DNA of 64,000 nucleotides from an uncultured Actinomycetes bacterium (GTDB lineage Bacteria; Actinomycetota; UBA4738; HRBIN12): NCBI GenBank assembly GCA_963751665.1, contig CAVVVF010000009.1, positions 107,344 to 171,343 of the forward strand, read 5' to 3'. Shown piece by piece: positions 53,973 to 64,000 of this stretch (position 1 is its first letter; each line of letters starts with the position of its first letter). The notes under the pieces were generated by a model. It saw only the letters and a program-made list of their open reading frames with translations, ran no database searches and was not told where the DNA came from. The position numbers and the translations under genes were made by a program.

Positions 53973-55682
53973 TCAGTATCGACTTGTTGCCGGAGTTGGG
54001 CACGTAGGCGCCCATGAGGAACACGTAATCGACGGTTCCCCTGGCACTGTGGACCTTGCCGATCTGGATCTCGATTTCCTTCGCGACCTGGGCTGCCTGG
54101 CCGGCGGCAACCCGCTCAGGACCTCATCGCCCCCCACGATTTGACCGGTGGTTCTAGGCCCTTTCACGTCACTACGTAACACGACCAGAACCCCCTTCTG
54201 CTTCTTATCGTATCGGCTGCCGCTCAGCTCGAAGTGCGTATCCAGACCATAGTTCTTGATGAGTCGCCACATGACTTCATGCACGGCCATGTCCGGCTTA
54301 CCCTTCAACACGCCCTTGGCTCGTTCTTTGAGTGCCTCATCTTCCTTAGCCATAGCGGCCAGTTCGTCGGGATACCGTTCACTCCGCTGCACCAGGCCAG
54401 CTCCAGATGGGATGGCACCCATTGTTAGCAACCCTGCAACGACTCCATCCGACCCCGCCTGCTGCACCACGTGCGTCAGCTCGTGTGCCAGCAGCCGTCG
54501 GCCTTCACGATTGTTCGGGGCATACTGACCCGCATCGAAAACCACATCTCGCCCTACCGTGTACGCCACGGCGTTCACCGCCCGGGCCGACTGGGCTGCA
54601 CGTGCGTCAGCGTGGACGCGTACCTGGCCGAAATCGTGGCCGAAGCGCGGCTCCATGAAAGCTCGTATGTCCGTAGCGAGCGGTTGACCCGGGGATTGCA
54701 GGACCTCATGGACTACAGGCGGCGCCGCGTCTACGGTCGCTGCGCTCGACGCCTGGCGTTGAAGCACCTGGTTCATCTTCTTCTTCTTCTGATCGCCCGG
54801 CAGCTTAAGCTTGTACTCATCGCCCAGCAGCGCAGGCAGCTTGTAGCCGAAGGACGGCGTGGGTGGGGTCAGTTGCGGCCCGTCCTGCGGCTTCTTCACG
54901 CCCAGCCACGGATATTTCTTCACCATCGCATCCAGATCCGGACCAGGCGCATACTTCGCCAGAGCGCCCTTCGCGGCCGCGTCCTCAGCCTTCTGCTGCA
55001 AGTCCTCCGGCGAGCCGGGCGGATACTTCATTCCCGCCCGGAATTTAGCCTGATCGGCCGCCATGCGGGCGTTTTCGGCCCGCTGAATTTCCGCTCGGGT
55101 CAGGGCCGGTTTCTTTTCGCCGCCTCCCCCCGGTGCCTGCTCCGAGTATTTGAACGTGATCATCGCTTCGGTCGGCTTGTCCACCGGGCCCTTGTAGGTG
55201 ATTTCGACGCTCAGGCCCGGCGTCAGCACGTCCAGCGGGATCTCCGGGATCTGCGCAGGCAACTCCTTGTGCGTGGCGGCCAACGTCGCCACCGCGCCGG
55301 CCGCGGCCGCACCAGTGATGATCTTGCCGGGCAGCGTGCCGATGAAGCTCTTGCCGGCCTCGGTTGCGCCTTTCACCAGCTTGTCCTGCTTGACCTTTTC
55401 CTGCCAAGTCTTTGCCCAACGGGGTTTCCAGAAACGCCTCCTGAGCTTGTCGGCGGCTTCCTTTATACTTCTCCTCGTCCGTCTTTTCCTTGGGCACGTC
55501 CTCGCGCTGAACGCGCGTGATCGGGCACGGCCGAGAGCGTGAACGGGAGCCGGGCCTCGGCCGTTCATCACCGCGTCGGCTACACGGTCAGCCTCCCGCT
55601 CGAAGCGGTCGCCGGGCAGGTTGACGACGAGCGGGCGGCGCTGGATGAGGCTGTGAGGTGTATGTCTGGAGCGGCTGGTCAC
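53973..55682 (-). CDS. DUF4157-domain protein (HExxH metallopeptidase-like), candidate eCIS cargo; several frame changes, true 3' end unclear
   Basis: ..LIQRRPLVVNLPGDRFEREADRVADAVM.., a Lys-rich linker, ..PLATDIRAFMEPRFGHDFGQVRVHADARAAQSARAVNAVAYTVGRDVVFDAGQYAP..GRRLLAHELTHVVQQ, then an unassigned C-terminal module. Confidence 0.8.
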   Translation of the reverse strand: MTSRSRHTPHSLIQRRPLVVNLPGDRFEREADRVADAVMNGRGPAPVHALGRARSRAFSARTCPRKRRTRRSIKEAADKLRRRFWKPRWAKTWQEKVKQDKLVKGATEAGKSFIGTLPGKIITGAAAAGAVATLAATHKELPAQIPEIPLDVLTPGLSVEITYKGPVDKPTEAMITFKYSEQAPGGGGEKKPALTRAEIQRAENARMAADQAKFRAGMKYPPGSPEDLQQKAEDAAAKGALAKYAPGPDLDAMVKKYPWLGVKKPQDGPQLTPPTPSFGYKLPALLGDEYKLKLPGDQKKKKMNQVLQRQASSAATVDAAPPVVHEVLQSPGQPLATDIRAFMEPRFGHDFGQVRVHADARAAQSARAVNAVAYTVGRDVVFDAGQYAPNNREGRRLLAHELTHVVQQAGSDGVVAGLLTMGAIPSGAGLVQRSERYPDELAAMAKEDEALKERAKGVLKGKPDMAVHEVMWRLIKNYGLDTHFELSGSRYDKKQKGVLVVLRSDVKGPRTTGQIVGGDEVLSGLPPARQPRSRRKSRSRSARSTVPGEPSITCSSWAPTCPTPATSRY

Positions 55683-55743
55683 GGCTCTGGTGGGTCAGTT
55701 CGCGGCTGATCATCCGACCCTCCTTGCCTCCCAGGGATGTCAG

Positions 55744-55983
55744 TCAGGTCCGGTAAACCGCTTCCGCCACGCCCGTCCCGATCGCTGCGCGGGCATCGCC
55801 GGGGCGATGTTGAACGCGCCGCCGTCCAGCCGGGTCGCGGCGCCTGTCTGTCCACACGCCGGGCAGGCCGCGTTCGCCCAGGATGCGCGCCAGCTCGGCT
55901 TGCACCGCCTCACCGATGCGATAGCGGTCGCCGGGCGGAAAGCCGTGCAGGACCAACTCGTCGATCTCGATCACGATGTCCAT
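55744..55983 (-). CDS. Small conserved eCIS-associated protein (2 internal frame changes)
   Basis: MDIVIEIDELVLHGFPPGDRYRIGEAVQAELARILGERGLPGVW.. / ..RLDGGAFNIAP.. / ..GTGVAEAVYRT. The start lies immediately downstream of the ATPase stop (1-nt gap). Confidence 0.5.
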   Translation of the reverse strand: MDIVIEIDELVLHGFPPGDRYRIGEAVQAELARILGERGLPGVWTDRRRDPAGRRRVQHRPGDARAAIGTGVAEAVYRT

Positions 55984-55984
55984 G

Positions 55985-57771
<1,787 letters not shown>

Positions 57772-57775
<4 letters not shown>

Positions 57776-59076
57776 GTGATCTTCACCTTGGGCGTGGCGA
57801 ATTTGCCCGCGCCATCGAGGCCCAGCAGGCTCTCGGCGCCATCCACCTGGACGTAGGCCAGGTAGTCGCCCGGCGCCACGCCGTCGAATGCAAACGTGAT
57901 CGAAGCGGTCTCGGTCGCCGGGCCGGTGATGCCGTTAGCCTTCGGCGCGGGGAAGCTGTGGGCGCGCGCCGGACGGCCCTCCGGCGCATTGAATTCGTAG
58001 AGGAAGAGCGTGACGCGCTGCGTCTTGCCCACGGGCGGGTTGAAGCCCACCGCGATTTGCTTGGACGCGGCCGTCACGGTCGCGGGGACGGTGATCGTCG
58101 GGTGGAGCACGAAGGCGGCCACGTTGGACGTGATCCCGGCGTGCGGCGTGCCCGGCTCCGGCTCGCCCATCAACACCTGGTGGATCACCTGGACGCTCTG
58201 CACGCCCGCTCGTGCGGCGGGAGCTGCGGACAGGGCGAAGCTGATCTGCGTGTCGCTCACGGTCAGCGCCGCGCCGGGCACGAGCGTCTCGCCCAGTTGC
58301 ACCAGCGTCACCGGCCCCTTCAGCCCCGCGCCCTGGATGCGGAGCGTGCTGGCGGCGGTGATGCGCGGGTCGGCCGGGGGCACGGCGGCCGAGGTCACCT
58401 GCTCGATCGTCGGGCGTTCCATCGGCAGCGCATAGACCTTGTGCTTCAGCACCGGCAGCGCGGAGCGGGTCGAGCGGGCGCTCTCGATCAGCACGACCGA
58501 TGCCCGGTAGGCCGCGCACGTCCGGTAGTGCGCCTGGAACGCCGCCCACAGCTTGGACAGCTCTTCGGTGCTCAACGCCTCCGGGACGATCTTGATCATC
58601 TCCACCTGGTCGGCCAGGTCCGCGGCGGACAGCGCCTTGAACGCGGGCGGCAGGGCGGCGCCGGTCACCGGCGACTGGGGGGCCAGCGCCGCACGGATCG
58701 CGTCGCGGGTGAGCACCGGCGTCTCGTGCAGCACCTGCATGCCGTAGCCCAACAGGATCTCGGCGACGAAATCGTCGCCCCCGTAGGCCATCAGCAGGTA
58801 GTGCAGGTCGAGCGCCAACGGCGGGTTGGTCAGCCGCGCGCCGCTGGCGTCGCGCGCCGGCTGGCCGACGTTGCGCCACCCCTGGTTGGGCGTCACCTGG
58901 TAGAGGTACAGGTTCAACTGCGCGGCCTCGTTCGGCCCGGTGTTGATCACGTCCGGCGGCTTGGATGTCACGCTGACGACGCCCACGTTGGCCGACAGGT
59001 CGTGTTGGACGACGCCGTTGTTCAGCAGATCCCGGAGCACGGCGGTGACCGCCGCGATGGCCAGCGCGTTGCTCAT
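57772..59076 (-). CDS. DUF4255 (Pvc16/Afp16-like tail terminator/cap) protein with C-terminal Ig-like extension; uninterrupted
   Basis: MSNALAIAAVTAVLRDLLNNG..LNLYLYQVTPN..PLALDLHYLLMAYG... GGGAGG RBS. ATGA overlaps at both ends. Confidence 0.85.
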
Positions 59077-59793
59077 GGCTGCGAGCCTCCCTTGCGGCCG
59101 CTCAGATAATCTTCCAGCGAGCTGCGCGGCGCAGCCGGTCGAGCTGCGGGCCTGGGCGGCGGCGCAGGTGGCATCACGGCGCGCACGTCGATCCGGCCGA
59201 TGTGCACGTGAATGTCGGCGCGGTCCTGTTCGGCGGTCGACCGCCTCGGCGACCGGCTTGACCAGGCCGGCGCGGCGGGCGTCGTCTCGGAGCGCTGCGC
59301 TCCGGCCGCGAGGCTGCATGCGCCGGGCAGGCGTCGACCGGCAGCGCGGGCCGGGCGGCTCGGCACCGGCACGGATGCGCCGCGGCGGCGTGAGAGGCGG
59401 CGCAGGCTGGCGGATCGTGTGAGCCGGGGTCTGGCCGGTGGAGTCCGTGGATGCTCGGCGCTTCTGTCGGCTGCCCGGAATGGCAGTGCCGGAGTGGGTC
59501 GACAGCTCGGTCGCTGCGCGGCATGTTCATCGGCGGACGGGCGGATCGAGGCGTCGGCGCAGTCCCGGGGTGCGAGCGGCCGCGGGCGCTGCTGGAGCAG
59601 GCTCGTGTCCGTATGCGGCGGCGCAGTCAACTCTTCGGCGCACGCCGGCGGGGATCGGCGCGACCTCCGCCGGCGCCTCGCTCCACGTCACCGCGCGTGG
59701 CCCTGCGGTCGGCTCGAAGCGCACGGGCAGCCGCGGCTGCACCGTCGGCAGCTCGCCGGTCACGCGTTGCGCCAGTCGGGTCAGGAAGTCCAT
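59073..59793 (-). CDS. Conserved eCIS protein of unknown role, Pro/Ala-rich (about 3 frame changes)
   Basis: N-terminal MDFLTRLAQRVTGELPTVQPRLPVRFEP. C-terminal ..DIHVHIGRIDVRAVMPPAPPP..SLEDYLSGRKGG. Confidence 0.5.
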
Positions 59794-60559
59794 ATCAGCT
59801 CCAGATACGCCTGCCGCCGCCGCGGGCTCAGCGCCAGGATGTCGGCCTCGCGCCAGCCGTAGGCCCGCGCCAGCGCGTCCACCTCACGCAGCAGCCGTTT
59901 GGCCTCGGCGGCCAGCTCGGCCCAGAAGTACGCCGCAATGTCGAAGAGCGCCTGCCACTCGCGCCGCACGCCGGGCAGGTCAGGTCCAGCAGCACCTCGG
60001 CCTGCGGATCGCGGGCGCTCATCTCGGCCGCCAGGGCCGCCAGCACCGTCATCGGGCAGCTCGCTCGGCCGATACGGCTCGACGCCGCCCCACGTCGCTT
60101 CGAGGATGCACCGGTCGGCCAGCGCCCGCCGGACCGCCGCGGCATCGGACATATCCTGGAAGGCGATCAGATCGCCCGCCGTCGGCAGGCGGTAGATCAC
60201 GTGGGCCGCGGGGCCGTCCGGCCCCACTGGCAGCACGTCGCGCGAAACGGCGGGCTGCCGCGCTCGCCGCGCTCCTCGACCGGCGGCCCGGCCCGGAGAT
60301 CGGCGACCGGGCGGTGAACTCCAGCGCCTCGCGCACAGCGGGCAGCGGGCGAAGCCGCGAGATCGCGCCGAACAGCCTGCTCGCGGGCGGCCAGCAGCAG
60401 CGCATCGCGGGTCGCCGAGCGGCAGCGCAGCCAGCTCGTCGCTACGTCGCGCTCGGGGCACGGCCGCGGCCAGCAGCGCCAGCGCTCGTTCGGCCGGCGC
60501 CTGGCCGGCGCCGCGCTCCCAGACGTCCCAGGATCTCGGCGGCTGACAAGGCTGTGCAT
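59781..60559 (-). CDS. Conserved eCIS protein of unknown role with two CxxC pairs (about 6 frame changes)
   Basis: Fragments ..DVWERGAGQAPAERALALLAAAVP.., ..FARCPLC.., ..YRLPTAGDLIAFQDM.., ..LDLTCPACG.., ..FDIAAYFWAELAAEAKRLLREVDALARAYGWREADILALSPRRRQAYLELI. Confidence 0.5.
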
Positions 60560-60568
60560 CAGGCGTAC

Positions 60569-61098
60569 TTACAGCGGCGGCTCGGTGAAGCTCGGCTCGG
60601 CCGGCTCGGCCACCTCGTAGTCGCGCTCCCAGCCTTCGTTCTCCAGCTTGATGTGCTGGATGGCGACGGCGTTGGCGTTGGCGTCGAGGTCGGGCAGCGC
60701 CTGGAACTCCGACACCCAGCAGCGGAAGACCTTGTAGGCGAGCGCCAGCTGGCCCGGCCTCGTTGTAGACCTCGATGATGATGTCCTTGCGGAAGTCCTT
60801 GAGCGAGACCTCCGCGCCCAGGCCGGAGCCGAAGTTCCAGACCTTGTTGGCCCACTGCTCGAACTCGGTGTCGTGGGTGACGCCGCGCTCGAGCGTGATC
60901 GCCTCGTACTCGGTGCGGCCCGGCGACTTGCGGCTGCTGCTGGGGTCGCCGCCCTCGCGGTGCTTGACCACCTCGGTGGTGCGCTTGAGCGCGCCGACCT
61001 TGCTGACGCCGGCGACGTAGCGGCCGTCCCACTTGACGCGGAACTTGAAGTTCTTGTACGGATCGAAGCGCTGCGCGATTGACGCTGAACTGAGCCAT
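60569..61098 (-). CDS. Contractile-tail tube protein (T4 gp19-like 'phage tail protein' family; 2 frame changes)
   Basis: MAQFSVN / ..QRFDPYKNFKFRVKWDGRYVAGVSKVGALKRTTEVVKHREGGDP..EYEAITLERGVTHD..FEQWANKVW.. / ..AYKVFRCWVSEFQALPDLDANANAVAIQHIKLENEGWERD. GAGGAGG RBS. Confidence 0.85.
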
Positions 61099-61110
61099 GA
61101 TTGTCCTCCT

Positions 61111-63064
<1,954 letters not shown>

Positions 63065-63180
63065 CCCTCCTGTTTGCCTGCTGCCCGACGCGTTGACTGG
63101 CCTGCTGCGTCAGGCGTCTGAATCTGTGTTCAGCCTCATCAGCGCACTTTGTGGTTGTGTCAGCCCATCTTGCTTGTCAG

Positions 63181-63300
63181 AATTGTGCGCCGCTCCGACC
63201 TTAGTTCAAGTATTGCACAATACAATTGTCAGTAAGTTGATGCAAATATGTACTTTGGTATGAGATTCTGAGTCAAAAAGAAATGGCTTGAGGACGTTTC
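63181..63300 (-). promoter_or_regulatory. AT-rich island upstream of the sheath gene; putative eCIS promoter/operator region
   Basis: 63201-63290 has 29 G+C of 90 nt by hand count, within a very GC-rich window. The minus strand has TTGACT (63276-63271), an 18-nt spacer, then TACATA (63252-63247). TTGTCAG is repeated. Confidence 0.4.
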
Positions 63301-63478
63301 ATCGGGGTTATTGTCAGGAAGACAGGAGGGAATGCGCCGGGCATTGGGGCCTGGAGCGGGTGCGGATGTTGCAGCACTCGCCTTGCCCGGCGCGCTCTGG
63401 AAAGATCGCCGTGTTGCGGCGCCTGTCCTTGGGCAGGATGGGCGGCCGAACTACTGAGTCGCGACCCTCGATAGCTGA

Positions 63479-64000
63479 TCAGGGGCCGATCTTGCTCGCC
63501 GCAAAGGTGCCATAGCGGTTCTGGTAGCGGTCGAAGTTCGCCGCGATCTCTTCGGCCGGCAGCTCTTCCACCTGGCCGATCTGCAACGCCAGCCAGACCG
63601 TCCGGGCGACGTCTTCAACCATCACCGCGGCCTTCAGCGCCTTCTTGACCGTGGCGCCGATGGTGAACACGCCGTGCTGCTTCATCAGGATCGCCACCGA
63701 TGTGCCGATGTGCCGCACGATCGTCTCGCCGATCTCCTGGTCGCCGATGCGCACGTAGGGCGCGCACGGAATCGTCGTGCCGAACTCGTCGGCGATCGCG
63801 GTCAGGTAAACCGGGATCGACTTGCCCACGGCGGCGAACGCGGTGGCGTAGTTCGAATGGGTGTGGGTCACGCCATTGACATCGGGCCGGTGCCGGTAGA
63901 TCGACAGGTGCGAGGCGGTGTCGGTGGAGGGCCCCAGTGTGGCTTCGACGACGTTGCCGTCCAGGTCAACGATGACCATGTTCTCGGGCGTCAGCTCATC
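63479..64000 (-). CDS. Class II aldolase/epimerase (L-ribulose-5-phosphate 4-epimerase AraD-like), 5' end outside window
   Basis: ..PSTDTASHLSIYRHRPDVNGVTHTHSNYATAFA..HGVFTIG... The frame stays open to the window edge. Confidence 0.8.
   Translation of the reverse strand, partial: DELTPENMVIVDLDGNVVEATLGPSTDTASHLSIYRHRPDVNGVTHTHSNYATAFAAVGKSIPVYLTAIADEFGTTIPCAPYVRIGDQEIGETIVRHIGTSVAILMKQHGVFTIGATVKKALKAAVMVEDVARTVWLALQIGQVEELPAEEIAANFDRYQNRYGTFAASKIGP

Noticed and set aside
53043-54007. ORFs of 150-240 aa in the scar region (53043-53648, 53137-53607, 53285-54007). Also a short protein-like minus-strand stretch (..EVVVWYQDVVDSPVPGQDLVVARIEREASVYVRT..).
   Set aside because: The long ORFs are Arg/Pro/Ser-rich shadows. 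The short stretch has no start, no stop context and no family motif I can name. At most it is an unidentifiable gene remnant.
59073-60559. Programmed translational frameshift, as in phage tail-chaperone genes, to explain the frame changes after the tube gene.
   Set aside because: The frames change many times in both directions within each gene, and similar breaks occur all over the window, including leuS. No single slippery-site architecture is evident.
63288-63515. 75-aa ORF in the intergenic region between the araD-like gene and the sheath gene, considered as a possible regulator.
   Set aside because: It has no RBS, an odd composition and no recognisable fold motif, and it overlaps the 3' end of the araD-like gene on the opposite strand.

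Overview
Very GC-rich, Actinobacteria-like chromosomal segment (codon third positions are almost always G/C) with about 70 recognisable genes. I found no rRNA, tRNA or CRISPR array.

1-44 kb is mostly ordinary metabolism and regulation:
- MFS, DinB, hydrolases, AlaX, truncated haemoglobin, RidA, a sigma-70 factor, Amt with a GlnR-type box, M20 peptidase and PlsC.
- An amino-sugar/chitosan-oligosaccharide locus at 17.3-31 kb: MsiK-type ATPase, BadF-type kinase, CE4 deacetylase, SIS protein, GH4 hydrolase, two ABC importers, SDR and a ROK regulator. Three promoter regions each carry the palindrome AGGAAAGTTTCCT.
- A secreted phosphoesterase and a sulfatase, a LAL/LuxR regulator, a Ser/Thr kinase with an Asp-box propeller, a DUF1996-SBBP protein and an amidase.

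44-53 kb is a patchwork. It holds four same-orientation copies of a 90-nt module, a serine-recombinase relic, DsrE and TusA-like genes, a second LAL regulator, leuS and a hydrolase.

53.9-63.1 kb (minus strand) is the most interesting part, a partial extracellular contractile injection system (eCIS, phage-tail-like particle). It runs sheath, gp19-type tube, two conserved unknowns, DUF4255 cap-like protein, AAA+ ATPase, a small conserved ORF and a DUF4157 protein that is a candidate effector. A 32% GC island lies upstream of it. It has no baseplate or spike genes, and it ends abruptly in an oxidoreductase fragment followed by an ORF-free scar.

Caveat: the whole window carries many reading-frame breaks, including in leuS, and they are densest in the eCIS. 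Gene models were therefore stitched across frames by eye, and their coordinates are approximate at the break points.
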